This document shows, piece after piece, positions 11,817 through 25,688 of a DNA stretch of 64,000 bases (the stretch's first letter is position 1; every line of letters begins with the position of its first letter). The notes beneath the pieces were generated by a model that saw nothing but the letters and a program-made list of their open reading frames with translations, was not told the origin of the DNA and searched no databases. Origin of the DNA: Chiloscyllium plagiosum (lineage: Eukaryota); NCBI RefSeq assembly GCF_004010195.1, contig NC_057714.1, positions 7,866,492 through 7,930,491 of the forward strand. Reading direction: 5' to 3'. A program made the position numbers and the translations under genes.

Positions 11817-13790
11817 ATTGACACCCTTAACGATCACGTGAATAATAACAATAAATACCGTGGTAAGTGATAAAACTAATGACGCTCGGATTAATTAATC
11901 TTGTCAAGAAAACTTCAGTGCAATGTATTCAATTTTATTTTCAATATCGACATACATTTATAAAGCCTGGATACTTATTGGCACAGCGCAAAACCAAGCC
12001 AGAATTCAGACAGCAGCTAACAAGCTTCTACTTCCGTTAATATGCTGCATAGAAGGAATGGGGGGTACTATTATAGCCATATAATACGTTGGAAACAACA
12101 ACAAATGACGTGTAACGAAATCCGAGATCTATGTATTCCAAAACATACTGTCGGGAAAGTCTGCGTTATCAGTCGATGACAAATTCAAATAAATGCTTAG
12201 TGATCACTTTGCCATTTTGTCGATTGATACGCAGGATTCCCAGCTACAAATCAGGATAATCTGTTACTATGCAACATAATCATTAATGTTTCACATGTGC
12301 CTGTAGGCAGAGCAAAATAAAATTATAACAAGCTGTTCCAACTACTAAGAGAAAAAAAAAATAGACAACTTTACTAGACATAGAGCTGTGTCCGGAAATA
12401 TAGAAGACATTGGACTTTCAGAAATTTAGAAATGTACCATTGTCACTTAAATGTTGAGCAAAACATAACGCGTGGGACAACGTTGAATATTTGTCTGTCT
12501 GTGAAATTAAGAAGTGATATGAGTATACTCCAGATGGGTTTTTTTTCTTTCAGTCTCCAGGCTAAAAGAACAGAACCAGTTTGAAATTCTTCGATTCATA
12601 AACATATCATGGGTTACTGACCAACCATTTAGGTCAATTGATTTTGTTTCAAAAATACACGATAACCTTTGAAGTCATGGCTATAATAATTTGCTAATTC
12701 GTTTGAAAAATCCGTGGAGTTTTCTTTGTCTCTATACTTCCTCCGGCTCAAGCTGGTAATAGAATGTGATGGTGAATACGTCTCCAGATCCCGGATAATT
12801 AAGGTAAAAAAAACTATTTCAGATTGCTGCTCAATAAAGCTTCTACGTTATTGCCGTAGTGGAGAAATCTTATTTAATGGAATATTAGAATGCACAACAA
12901 ATTATGGTGTTCATTAAGATGTTGGGGTATGCATTTTAGTGATAAACATTGGGCCGTGTATTTGCAATGCTCGATGGCCGTCAGTGCGTGGAATCTTTAG
13001 GTCATGAGAAACGGCGAAATAAACAGCAATTTTTTTAAAAAAACTCTTTTCGCAGACATTTATTTCATATTATTAAATAATAATATTTCAGATGTGTGCT
13101 CGAGCAACAAACATTGTCCTTACTTTAACAGCGTTCATTTGTTATGTTTGGACTACAAACTCACAAGTGAAAATGTTGACTTTACTGGCAAACGGTCTAG
13201 CTATAGTGTACTTTCCTAAAGTGTCCTCTTTTCCTGATTTGTACTTCCCCGATTATTATTGGTGATTTATTTCCTTGCAGTTGAAGTGCAATCCGGAACG
13301 ATATTTTTTTTTAACCGAGAAATCTTTTGACCTGGAATATACATTTTTAAAAAGTTCTCCCATATTTCTGATAACTGACTGTATATTTTTTTTCTTATTC
13401 TGGACTTAGAAGGTAATAATAGCAATCGCCGCTGATTGCAGTGATGGACATTTTATTTATAAACTCTCACCATGTTTGTGTCTGGTAAAAATCGGCTTCA
13501 GACATATTTTAATAGAGGAAAGATCCGAATTCACACCGCAATCTAGAGCGCTTCCCGAAACATCTATCGTCCTTTCGTTGTAGGTATGCACAGGAGACAT
13601 GGAAGCATACAGATCGTGCAGTCTTTTTCCAGTAAGTATAGTTCTTTTAACGAGCGAGGAGCGAAGGTAGTGCAATAACTTCCTGATAAGCGTTTCTGCT
13701 GGTGTGAAGCCTGTCTGTTCAGCACAGAGATTGGGACATGCCAGAGGAGACTCCAGAGATCAAAAGAAAACAACATTTCCGAATAGCAGA
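11817..13790 (+). pseudogene. Highly decayed HoxA8 pseudogene
   Basis: Collinear relics, in order: ATTGA..TCACGTG (11817-11840); ACA-AGC-TTC-TAC-TTC-c-GTT-AAT-ATG-CTG ~ MSSYFVN.L (12020-12047); acceptor CCTTTCGTTGTAG (to 13583); homeobox fragments (13592-13733); AAA GAA AAC AAC a TTT CCG AAT AGC AGA = KENN..FPNSR (13763-13790), similar to the Hox8 tail KENNKDKFP.S. Confidence 0.75.
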
Positions 13791-14530
13791 GCAAACAGTT
13801 CCTAAAATATCCCAGACGGAAAGGCAGAAACATGTTTTTATTGTAATAATCCTTTACTATTAACACACCAGGTGCATACTTCCTAGACTGTCTAGCTGCT
13901 GTAAATGCTGGCTGTGCTTTCCTACGCCTAACCCTGACAAAATATGCCTATTAATGTGGAACATAAAAGCAACTGATCCGCTCGAGAGGAACGAAAACCC
14001 TAGACACAGTAACTGGTCAATATGCCCGGACATTGTGGACAACAGCTTCGGAGACAAGTTCTGTGATCTAACGAGAGGATTGGGAAAGAGCGAGCGAGAG
14101 AGAGAGAGAGAAAAAAGTTGTAAAACAGAAGGCGGAAACGATACCCGGGGTAAATCCCCTGTGGGGTTCCAATCAGATTACCTAGCAACTCTAAAAGGTT
14201 TCCGCGGAATAGTTGTTTCACTGAAACCCGCCAGAGGAAATGTGGTCACCCCCAAAGTGAACTCGTGCATTTTAATAAATCAATAGATGACCATGCTTGA
14301 ATGTTAAAACAAAAATCCGAGCGTTCGCATCAGAGGTAGCAATACAGCCATCTTGCGCTTTGATCCTGCAGCATATATCTTGTACCTATAACTCTCACTA
14401 TTTGCCTATAATTGATTTGTTTTATAATTTCGAGTTTAGATGTACATCCAATCTAAATTCAGCAAGTCTCCAGTGTCTCTGAAACTGTACAGTGCCTTGA
14501 TGGCATCGTTAGACAGCAAACAACTACACG

Positions 14531-14588
14531 GGGTTGGGGAGGGGGCGGGGGGGGGGGGGGGGGGGGGGGTAGCAAGGGATGTTGGGGG
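14531..14588 (+). repeat. poly-G / G-rich tract (G-quadruplex potential) upstream of HoxA7
   Basis: An uninterrupted run of more than 20 G plus flanking G-runs. Confidence 0.85.
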
Positions 14589-14992
14589 TAAAGAATAAAG
14601 AGAGAAATGCAACTGCTCACTTATTTTCAATTCTTCCACGTAACCTTTTCTTTTAAACCAAACATTACAGAATGTTCCTAAATGTTACACCAGTGCGACT
14701 ATACTAGTCATGATTTCTGCTTCTTTTAAAATGTAACCAAATCGTATGGGTCTCTTTGCACTTCCAGATTCATCACACATCTTATTCTCAACAATGTTGG
14801 AATCATACCTGCGTTCCTAAACATGTAAATGGCACAGTGGCTTGGGAAAGAAATTAACAGAAGACATTGACCTTTTAAGGTGACACAGTCTATCGACACT
14901 TCCAATATTAAAAGATTGTGTGCGATTTTTGTACAATATCTTTTTGAAAATAGTCGAATACATGCTATTTACCACCTGTGATGTGGAATGCT

Positions 14993-15156
14993 ATTGGGTG
15001 ACGGGATCACATGGCCAGGTCACGTGAATAGAAATAAGTCGGGCCGAAGGAAAATGGGTGCTTGGTGTAAATCGGGGGTGTAATGCTACCATTTATCACG
15101 CTATCTCGTAAAACCGACACTGAAGAGTCCTGGCCAACAAATCACCAGACAAAATT
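14993..15156 (+). promoter_or_regulatory. HoxA7 promoter / 5' UTR
   Basis: ATTGG at 14993-14997, CACATG at 15008-15013 and CACGTG at 15021-15026. Followed by TCGTAAAACCGACAC and CAAATCAC...AAATTATG, typical of Hox7 leaders. Confidence 0.8.
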
Positions 15157-15550
15157 ATGAGTTCGTCGTATTATGTGAATGCTCTTTTTCCCAAATATAC
15201 GGCGGGGACATCCGTTTTCCAGAACGCGAGTGGCTTTACAGAAGCAACTTCTTGCGCTTTTGCTACCAACTCACAAAGATCCAGCTATGGAGCGGGCGCC
15301 AGCGCCTTCCCAGCCCCGATGGCCGGCCTGTACAATGTTAACAGTGCAATCTATCACGGCCCTTCCATGTACAACACAGGTTATAACTTAAATTCCGATT
15401 CCTACAACCTGCGCTGCTCTGCCTTAGACCAGAACATTCCAGTTCTTTGCAGCGATCTGAGCAAACAGGGTTGCGAAAAATTGGATCAGACAAACGTGCA
15501 CCCTCAAGCAGAGAGCAATTTCCGGATTTACCCCTGGATGAGGAATGCAG
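15157..15550 (+). CDS. HOXA7: Homeobox protein Hox-A7, exon 1
   Basis: MSSSYYVNALFPKYTAG...FRIYPWMRNA. Donor CAG|GTATGG at 15551. Confidence 0.97.
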
Positions 15551-15635
15551 GTATGGGACATAGTGTAACATAGCGATGAGAAAACGTGCAAATGACCAGT
15601 TAAAATGAGCGCCACTACATCCTGAAGGTAGTTAA

Positions 15636-15745
15636 GAGTTTTAATGGTAGCTGAGGACCAGTTCCTCAAACGTATGTGGTATTGTAGGCAGATAGCAATC
15701 ATAAAACTTTTATTGCACAATTAATCAGTACAATCCTCGTAAAAG
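15636..15745. promoter_or_regulatory. HB1-type homeodomain-binding element in HoxA7 intron
   Basis: TTTTAATGG, CATAAAACTTTTATTGC, CAATTAAT and TCGTAAAA are clustered in the 5' part of the intron. Confidence 0.6.
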
Positions 15746-16476
15746 CACTCGACTTCCGCTCCTTTAAAGTTAACAGCAACTCACATATTGCTTGTTTACC
15801 CACTTTTATCAACATCAAATGAGAGCTATGTTCTTTACTGATACACGGGAAAAAAACACCGTTTATTCTTGAGAGGATGGGGATTGATACATTGCAGGTC
15901 TAAAGTTTGTTTACAGATTGGGCAAGGTCGTGGAACTGAAGCGTTTTCTCTCTTTGTTTTTCACTCCGTAAAAGATCTTTGGGTCCTTGTAAAACTTCCC
16001 CCGCCCCCTTTGTAGATACAAGTCCGTATTTGAAACGCATTACTTCGGTGCTATAACATACAAGCTCGAACCACCAGAGTAAAATTAGGCATTTCAATTG
16101 CTAGCATTAGAATCGAATAGATCTGGAACAAAACACACACACACATGCACATACAGCCTTACAATTTTAGTTACCTGTCATTCCTGTGTCTGAAATATTA
16201 ATATTCCAACCCTATATACTGGGTGAAATTTTATTCCGTCAGCCGCTTGGATGTAAATAAACTATTAAGAACACAAGTGATTTGCACTGGAAACTTATTT
16301 TTCTTTTCAAAAACCGTTTTGCTAGAAGAAGGTTCCTCTCAGATCCCAAAAGTTAATTTGCATTTTAACTCAGACCCTTGGCATCTGAGTAGTTGGTTCA
16401 GCCACAGATATTTCAATGGGGTTCTGTAAGAGCAGAGATGACGAGGGGATGTTGAAAGCAACAGGAATGGAGTTGA

Positions 16477-16797
<321 letters not shown>

Positions 16798-16920
16798 GAC
16801 TCCCACCAAAATCTTGAACTATGCGAAGAAAGTTGCTCTGTCGCCGCGAAACCATGACATTTGACTAGCTAACCACAATCGTGGACTATTTCAGAAATGG
16901 TGTGCGCTAGCGCTCATGAT

Positions 16921-17958
16921 ACTACCTATGTGTTTTAATAACCTCTTTCGAAATCATGTCTTTAAAAATTAAAGTTCGCTGATTTAGATTTCATCTTTTC
17001 AAAAAATAAATCAAAATCTTTATTGGCATTAGTAGAGAGCTAAGAATTGAGTCCAGAATCCATGTTTTCAGTAACAAAAGGAAAGTGGAAGGACTGAGAA
17101 CAATTGTCTGCAAATGTTACAAGGCAGGCAGTCAAATTGAAATGCTTGATTTCTCAAGTTTTAATTGAGAATCTCTGCCCGCAATATTACAAGGAACGCG
17201 AAAGAAATTCGAAATCCTTCTTCTCTATTGTTAAAATGAAATGAATTGAATTTGGATTCTGAATCTGCCATAGTGCAATTATCGGGATACATTAGCCGAT
17301 AAAACTAAATGTGACCATTGCTCTAACCTATGTAATGCAAAATTCAAATGTCATTGCGTGTTTTAAAATATATCTCATGCACTGAACTACTTCTCAAACT
17401 TACTTTACTTCTGTTAATGTCTTCTTCACGTGTTTTGAAATATTCTTGCACAGTATTCACAAAACAAAAATACCCGTGATAATAGATAGTCGACCCCAGC
17501 CCAATCAGAGACCAAGTTCTTGAGCCACTCTAACATACATAGCAAGAATGGCCAGAAGGCTAACTAGTCGAATAAAGTAGTTTATTTCTATTCAAATTTT
17601 CGTTCTTATTATTTTTTACATTACTTCTCAATTAATCTCTGAGTGTGCCACTATACACCGAGATGTACCGTTCTATTAACAAAATGAAGAAGATTTGTCT
17701 TTTCGCATAAGCAATGAAATGTAACTACCTAGACCACAATAGTGGACATCTTGCACGTCTTTGGAAACTACCTAAATGTTCGAATTAAATATTCGTTTCT
17801 TGACAGAGAGTGTTCTTGAAGTCTAGACTTTTCACACTTCTCTAAACAGTACCCATTATATGAGAACAAAAATGTGAATAATATTCCGATGTATGTTTTT
17901 TTTTTAAATGAGGTGCATATATAGCCACTTTATAACACAACATAATGATAACTACCTA
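16921..17958 (+). promoter_or_regulatory. Four miR-196 8mer sites in HoxA7 3' UTR
   Basis: ACTACCTA at 16921, 17724, 17767 and 17951. Distal AATAAA at 18024-18029. Confidence 0.85.
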
Positions 17959-19404
17959 GATACCGGTTTACATTTGACGCGGATGGAGTTGTTTCGTACT
18001 GTGCTTAAATACTATAATGTAAAAATAAACAGTAAAACAAGTTATATATGAATGGGGGAAATTGCTATATTTCTCTCTGATTGATGGCATTAAAATATAT
18101 ACCTGCTAAAGATTTCAAGCAACCATGTATCATTGAATGATGTAATTGTCTTTCTTTTAAGTTTGTTGTGTCAGTTGTCTTATACATGTGTACTGTCTAA
18201 ATTATAAACATTTTAAAAAACTGTAACCAAATGTAATAATAGAAATTTCGAGCAGCATCGTCGACTAGATATATTGTGGTTCCATATTCAGTATGGTATC
18301 TGTCAATGGAAAGTTTGCTTTGTAATATGTGTATGTGTTGTTAAATAATATCTGATGTTAAAGGTTTAAGGTGCAATCTATTTAAAATGCATATATTCGT
18401 TCCAGTCTTGTATACTTTGAATGGAGTCTCTGTAGACAAACAAAAATGAGAAACATTAAACGGTGCTTGAATAAACAGACTGTCTTTCCTGGCCTGAGCA
18501 GATTACCACCAAATGAGTGGCCCCATGATTCGTTAACACACAGAAGTACGATCATTAACAGCAGCAATTAAAAATAAATTATTTCAGAGTAACAAATACA
18601 TATTTCTATATTGTAGTCCATTCATTGCCATACAATCTGTTTTTCATAAAAGAACAAATGAATCCATAATTTTTGTCCACGAAATGGGCACGTTTCAAAC
18701 AGATTAAAACTGAATATGTCAAAGTCTTTTGTGCACATTATGCTCTGTTAATTATCGTTGACAATAATATTTTTAAAAAGGCCGTATTTGCGAGCAATGC
18801 ATTCGAATTAAGACGCAGGTTGGGTCGACGATGGGCTAAAGTTCTCATGAAGCAAGCTGGACCCGACGCCTGATCGAGCTCATTTCCCTTTCAGAGAGTC
18901 TAAGAAAAATGGAAAAGATGAGAACACAGTGAGCGTAGTGTCTGGTTTCATAACGACCAAAAATTAAAATCAAATTAAAAAAAAGAATCGAGTCGCTATT
19001 TCATCGCCGAGCTTTGAATGAATATTCGGACAGGCGCAGACTTTATTTGTAATGCATGCAGTGCGGCACTGTAACTTGTAGCTCGATCCCAAGATACGGG
19101 ACGAGCTCATTGCCATTTTTGAAATGCAACATATTCAAGAAACGAGTAAACCAGAAGAAATGTCGATAGAACAAATCTGATGATACGTAAACCAGAATTG
19201 ATTCGTTACAATAGTCGCCTGAAAGCAGAAACTAGTGATTTCTGTGAAAAAAAAGCACGGATTGCAAACGGGTGTTATGGACATATTAATGTAGCTTCAG
19301 AAATTACAAAATTATTTTTAAACCGTGGAAAAAATCTTTCATAATTTCACAATTTTAACCTGACTCTTTGTTAAAAATGGCGTCTAAGACCTGCCTCCTA
19401 ATAG

Positions 19405-19550
19405 TCATGGGGAAATGTCATAAATCCGTTGTTGTTTTATGAAAATTTACAACTTTGCAATAGAACTTTACGAGTTGTTCGGTTTTTCCATTGGCCACTG
19501 AAAGTCATGTGGAGTGTAACCGTGAACATGAACTTTTTATAATTTCCCTT
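19405..19550 (+). promoter_or_regulatory. H8/7-6 four-cluster conserved element / distal promoter of long HoxA5-HoxA3 transcripts
   Basis: GTCATAAATCCGTTGTTGTTTTATGAAAATTTACAACTTTGCAATAGAACTTTACGAG...CCATTGG..GTCATGTG..GTGAACATGAACTTTTTAT is recalled as the conserved block between paralog groups 7/8 and 6. YY1-like AAAATGGCG at 19374-19382. Confidence 0.75.
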
Positions 19551-19559
19551 GCGACTATA

Positions 19560-19976
19560 GAACTGCATTCTTTTGCTAAGCGCGTGTTGGTTCGGATGTG
19601 AGAGCTTGCGGGCTTTCAGCAACGCATATTTTGTTCTTTTTTCCCCCCTCCGAGCGCAGTGATTATTCGCCTATGGAGCTTCAATGCATCCAAGCTTTCG
19701 GCACAGATCCTATGGCTGGCAGCTACGAATTCCTCCACGGAAGGTGGAGCATTGGATTAAAAAGCGCCGGCTCTGATCCGCACGGCAGTTTCCTGCAGGT
19801 CGTCACCAAACGCCGCTGGCGGAATGCGAGAGCCAGGGGCCTGGGATGGAGCTGAACGGACAGCTGTCAAACTAGACATGGGCTCTGCAAACACTGACAC
19901 TGGGGCTCAGCAAATACCACAGCCGGTTTGTGCAGAGTCCGGACTAGCCAGACCGAGGGGAGGAATCTGCAGCAAG
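19560..19976 (+). ncRNA. candidate non-coding first exon downstream of the distal promoter
   Basis: A GC/CpG-rich segment ending in the strong donor AAG|GTAAGG at 19977. The start coordinate is approximate. Confidence 0.5.
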
Positions 19977-22900
19977 GTAAGGCCCATTCTCAGCTTTGCA
20001 GTTCTGCAAAACAAAAGTATTTTTAACAGGTCTTTCAAGCAAAGTTATTGTTAAAGCTAACCTTTAAAGATCTTTAATTTGCCAAAGTTGAAGAGTGTCG
20101 TGTAAAAGTGACGATGACCTTTGAATTGTGATAACTCGAAATGTAGCGTTTGTTGGGCATTTATTGAGTGTAATTTGACTGTTTTAGGGACAGTTGTTCT
20201 GTATTTGTATTTTTTTTGGAATCTATTTGTTTTGAAATAAGTGTGAATAATGTTTTTTGACGTCGTACGTTCTGATTGTCTCTGACCAACAGCCGTTCTG
20301 TTCGTTCAAAATGTTTTGCGTAAGGAACAAATTGACAGAAGTAAAACATGAACCTTGATTCAGTTTTTAAATGTCATGTAGGGGGAATCTGGGATGAGGC
20401 TTGTTGTAATGAAACCTATTGCAGATTCATTGCGGTTGAAAAAGAAACTATTTATTCAATTTCGAAATAAATAATCAGTTACGGTGCCCGTTCTTCAGTT
20501 AAATGGTTTATTTCTTTTGAATTACTGCTCTTCCTTCGCATGGTTTTCGATAAAGGTGCGATATATTCTAGTATCCACTTTTGTTATTTTGTTCAAACAT
20601 TTTCTGGTGGAGATCTAATCCACGTTTATCTGTGTTTATCTGTGAATCATCGTCCCTCGTTATTTGTGGTTAATTTCAGTGTTGATGGCTCCTCAAGAAT
20701 GAGAAATGATCAAAGATATCCTATTTCGGGTGTGAGCATGCAAATTTGCTGTCTGTTGTTTTTCTTACTTAACGCGGAGGTTGTCCTTCTGACACTGAGA
20801 CACTTAGAACCGTCTGACTGAGAATGTGTGTGTTCGTGTGGATATTTATTAATGTTTGCTGTCCTCTTTTGGACTCGTTGCTGCCACCGTGTGTTTGGAG
20901 TGTGAGCAAACTTGTGGTGCTGCTGCATAGCGTGTCTCTTGGTCATGTGTTACTGATGAAATGGTTGGCTTGCATTCTTAAACTAACCGTTCAATGTGTT
21001 GCTTGGTAGACATGTCCAGTAATCACAAATTTGCTTGTATAGTACCACGCACTAAACTTGACTGAATGGCTTTTCGAACGTTTTTGCATTAAATTATTTG
21101 TTTCGATTTAAAATGAGTGAAACTATGGGCTTTGCGCTCAGAAAGAAGAGACATCACGCGGTCTATCACTAAGACTATATTAGGCCTTTGAGTGTAATGT
21201 TTGTACGTATGAAATGCGTCCCACCAATTACTTATTTGACCCGCATTGATCGTTAGTAAATGTTTCATAATTGTGCTAAAGTTACAAGTTAAAATTTGCG
21301 TGTTTGTGGATAGAAACGGTCAAATACACTTTGATTGTTGATAAAGACTGGGAAATGGAGTTTACTTACTGAACACCTACGATACCCCCTTAATTATTTG
21401 GTTAAAGTGTGATAAGAGCCCACATTTGTGATGTTAGAGAATTTCTGAAGGATTTGTTTGCCTCGTGTAAGAAACATGAAATCGAATTAAACGAAGAATT
21501 TGAATGAATCACGGTTATACCATAACAAGAAACAGTGTCGTCAGTGAATCGTGATTTTAATGAATAGGCCTGTTTTATGGTGATAAAGCACAGAGTTATT
21601 TTAATCTGTCAGAATGCAGCTATTTATGTAAAATATAGCAAATAACATTCGATCATTTATACTTTCGAAGAACCGCCGTTCTGGAAGGGATTACAGCTAC
21701 ATCAAAGTAATTGGAACATTTATATTGTTTCCTTGCAATAGTCATAGTTCAAATTGCGGCAACTTGTTAACGAGATGTGAGCGTAGCAAAAAAAAAGTAA
21801 CGTAAGCGCCGGTGGGTGGAAAACTTGAAGCACGGCCTCGCAATTTCAAAGGAGGCATGTTGTTTCCTTTTAGATAAATTAGGTAAATGGATTAAATGCG
21901 TGTATAATTTTTGTTTTAGATACGTACATATACATACGTTTAAAAATATTACTTAGTCAACTTCACTCAGCCCAAACTAGGCCCCAATTCCACCTAATAA
22001 ACCAAGAGACATTCTGTCTGTAGTTGCTAATTAGGCTATATCAGTTCTGATCGCTGCAAGACTGAGTAACACTTGGGAAGAAATTTCCTTCTTCTTAACG
22101 ACATTCAAAATACGAATTTACACGCTTGTGGACTTTGAAATACCTCATCTTTCTTGTTTTCTTTAAATTTAAAAATGACATTCTCTTACTTCAACTGTAC
22201 TACCATTGAACACGTGGAGTTCCAGATCCCATCTGTTTAGAATCTATTATTTTATCTTATTCGGAAGGTTTGCTATCTGCGAGGAAATGGAAATACGTCA
22301 ACGGAAAGAATAAATCGCAACGTCAGTATTTTAGTCTTTTCCAGAGGAAAATTAATTGGTGCTTGATTTTTTGAAACTGCCATGTTATTTTTAAAAGTAT
22401 GAATTGCAAAATATAGTATTAAAGTCTAGGTTAGTGGTGAAAACAGTTCAATTGTGCGGCATTGTTTTTCCCCCAGAAGATACATACAGATCAAGTTATT
22501 ATTTGATATATTCTATGTGCTCTTTAGTAGCAAGTTTCCCCACTCTGTGTGTTGTTGGTCTCATTATATTGCCTTATTTTCTCTAGTTTTCCAAGCACAC
22601 AGTGCAGCAGCAGTGGCTATTAGCCGTTCAACCTAATTGGAAAATAATAGCCGTGGTTTACGCATTGCTCTTTTGTTCATCTTTCAATATCACCTTTTTC
22701 TGTTCTGTATTTCGGTCATTTCACAGCACAACTTGTGTGAAGATTCTTCATGTTAAAGGATGCAGCAATTGTGGGGGCTTATTAATCAAACGTGGAAGCC
22801 AAAAATAAAACACCAAAGCAAATCATAAACAGAAAAGATTCACGTTGACGAGAACTGTTCGAATTTATTAAAATTCATTTTACAATTGGAATTAAATGCA

Positions 22901-24799
22901 TAAATATTGTACATGATTAGAGGCTTTAGGGCAGAAACTGAGGAAAGCGGCAAGCGTCGGCCTTTCATTAAGAGGGGTCGAACTGGCTTGATCTTGCACA
23001 TTTTCCTCCATAATTGCTCTGTATTTATACTCACACTTCGAACAGATATAGCTTTTGATTTCGGCCAGCTCTCGGTTTGTTTTTTTTACATATAGCCAGC
23101 CTATAATTAAGAAAGAGAAACAGGTATAAGCTTTCAGGACTGAAAATGAACCTACTCGTGGTATTTTAATTACTTGCAATCACTGATGAGATATCCGTCC
23201 CAAAGAAACCTTGTTAGCTGTCGAAAATACAAAATTCTCCGACTACTAACAACCGCATTCACCAATTCTCCTTAATTTGCAATGATTGCCCTCTAATTGC
23301 CATGTTTCGAATTCGGCTATAGGTGCTGTAAAAGTGTTTACTCGAGGGCTGAAATATCTTTCTTGCTTAAAATATATAAACATCCTCTTCATATATTGTT
23401 TACTGTACCGCAGATATTTCAGTAAGAGATGTGACCATTGTTGACGGAAAGGAAACCTAACGAGATAATGAGATCTTTAGCAAGGAGCCCTTGGCTTCCG
23501 TCCTTTTACTGCGATCTGATGCCGCGCTCAGGGCGCAGCAAATGCTCTGTTATTGGAAAACACAAATGTCCCCATTGAGATGCTCAAAAATGCCTAATTA
23601 TTCGAAAGGAAACATTCCACTCTTTTATGGTCGATAAAACCTTAACAGTGTGCAATTATGGAAAATCGAAGTTGGGATTTGGGGAGTATTAGTGAATTTC
23701 AATCGTATGCAATTAAAACAACAATCTAATGGAAGAGAACCCTATATAAGGTTATCAAACATAAAATTGAGCTTCTATGTGTTTGTAGATCGCTTGGCCG
23801 TTAAAAAAAACCCGGCGAATTTTGGTTAAATACATGTTTCCCTGGAAGTACTGTGGTGTTTGTAAACTAAATGCACATGTATATGCATGCATGCTTTAAT
23901 GAAGAACGCTGGTGCAATAACAATTACTCCCACGCACCATTACTGTGAAATCTTTTAAAGCTGAGAAACTGCGTTGCGTTCTACTGTTGGGATTTTCTTT
24001 ATAAGAATATCAAAATTAAATCTATAAATCATGTCCCTGTATATATACTCTTACCATCAGGTTGTGTCTATTTATTACTGGTATGAATTTACTGAAGGCA
24101 CAATTCAGGGACACTTGATGTTGTGAGTCCCAGTACTTGTAGACGCTGTTGTTCTTTGTTTAAAATGGGCAGAGAAAAATATTATGGAGGTCTGTGGTCT
24201 GATGTTTCTCAACTAGAATACACAAGCTAGCAAAAGGAATGTTGTGCTTGCAGCATAACAAATCAAAATGGAAAAATATGTAAATACAAAACCTAAATTC
24301 TTACAGCTATTATTTACCCATCTAAAATACTATGTGCCTCTACCTGGAAGAGAAATCCACAGAACTAGTGATTTGTTGATTTATTTCTTCCTTCTCGATC
24401 ATCTATCTCCTAATTATTGTTGATCTAGCAATTGTGAGAATACGCAATGCACAGTCATAAGTCCATGTATGAATGTATCTAAAATATGTATGCATAGCTA
24501 TATCCTGTAAACTGATAGTGCTCTCATTTGGTCACTAATATTCCATTAAAATCACCTCTGTTATAGTTCAGAGCAGATTTGGTTGTTTGTAACTTTGCTA
24601 GCTCAGTCGCCGGATCTCCAGGGAATTTTTTGAACCAGAGTCGTTTTCTATTGGCCAGAGGCTGATCAGCTGGTTATATTTGCTGCTGTCGCTTTGGCGC
24701 TCGGCCATCCTGAAACAAACCACCTCGATGACTACTAATAGCTAAACCACATTGTGTACTAATACATAACAAATCATATTACTACAGAGTGTGGAGCAA

Positions 24800-25229
24800 A
24801 TGAGTTCGTATTTTGTGAACCCTACTTTCCCTGTTTCACTGCCCAGTGGCCAGGACTCCTTCCTCGGACAGATCCCACTCTATACAACGGGGTATGATGC
24901 TCTAAGGCACTTTCCAGCTTCCTATGGGGCAGCGACGCTCCAGGATAAGAGTTACTCGTCACCTTGTTATTACCAACAATCCAACTCAGTAATAGCTTGC
25001 AATCGGGCATCGTATGAGTATGGAGCTTCTTGTTTCTATCCTGAAAAGGATCTAACCAGTGTTTCGCCATCCGGGAGTGGGAAGCATAGAGCTCAGGATG
25101 ATTTCTTTTCCTCAGACCAACAGTACAAAACAGATTGTGCACAAAACAAAATTTTAAATGAGGAAGGAAACGACCGGAAGTACAGTACTCCAATTTACCC
25201 TTGGATGCAACGAATGAATTCAAGTTCTA
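24800..25229 (+). CDS. HOXA6: Homeobox protein Hox-A6, exon 1
   Basis: [24 protein letters not shown]...[15 protein letters not shown]...[10 protein letters not shown]. Donor CTA|GTGAGT at 25230. Confidence 0.97.
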
Positions 25230-25382
25230 GTGAGTATTAATAGTGGAAAATTACAAGTTAAAACTTGACACTTGGAACCAACTTTACGTAAAGAGTGCAT
25301 GTATATGTTAATTGTTACGTTAAATGCCGCACACTTTCTAGAGTCGGAAGATTGAGCAATAGCATTGCATTGGTAATGTTAG

Positions 25383-25688
<306 letters not shown>

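Noticed and set aside
12778-12808. TCTCCAGATCCCGGATAATTAAG|GTAAA as a possible HoxA8 hexapeptide and donor relic
   Set aside because: The similarity to FPWM codons is too weak to call by eye.
13954-14286. 110-aa + strand ORF next to the HoxA8 relic
   Set aside because: It has no Hox similarity and runs through a (GA)n repeat.
13791-14990. Search for a HoxB8-like near-perfect miR-196 site 3' of the HoxA8 relic
   Set aside because: No ACTACCT seed or extended complement was seen.
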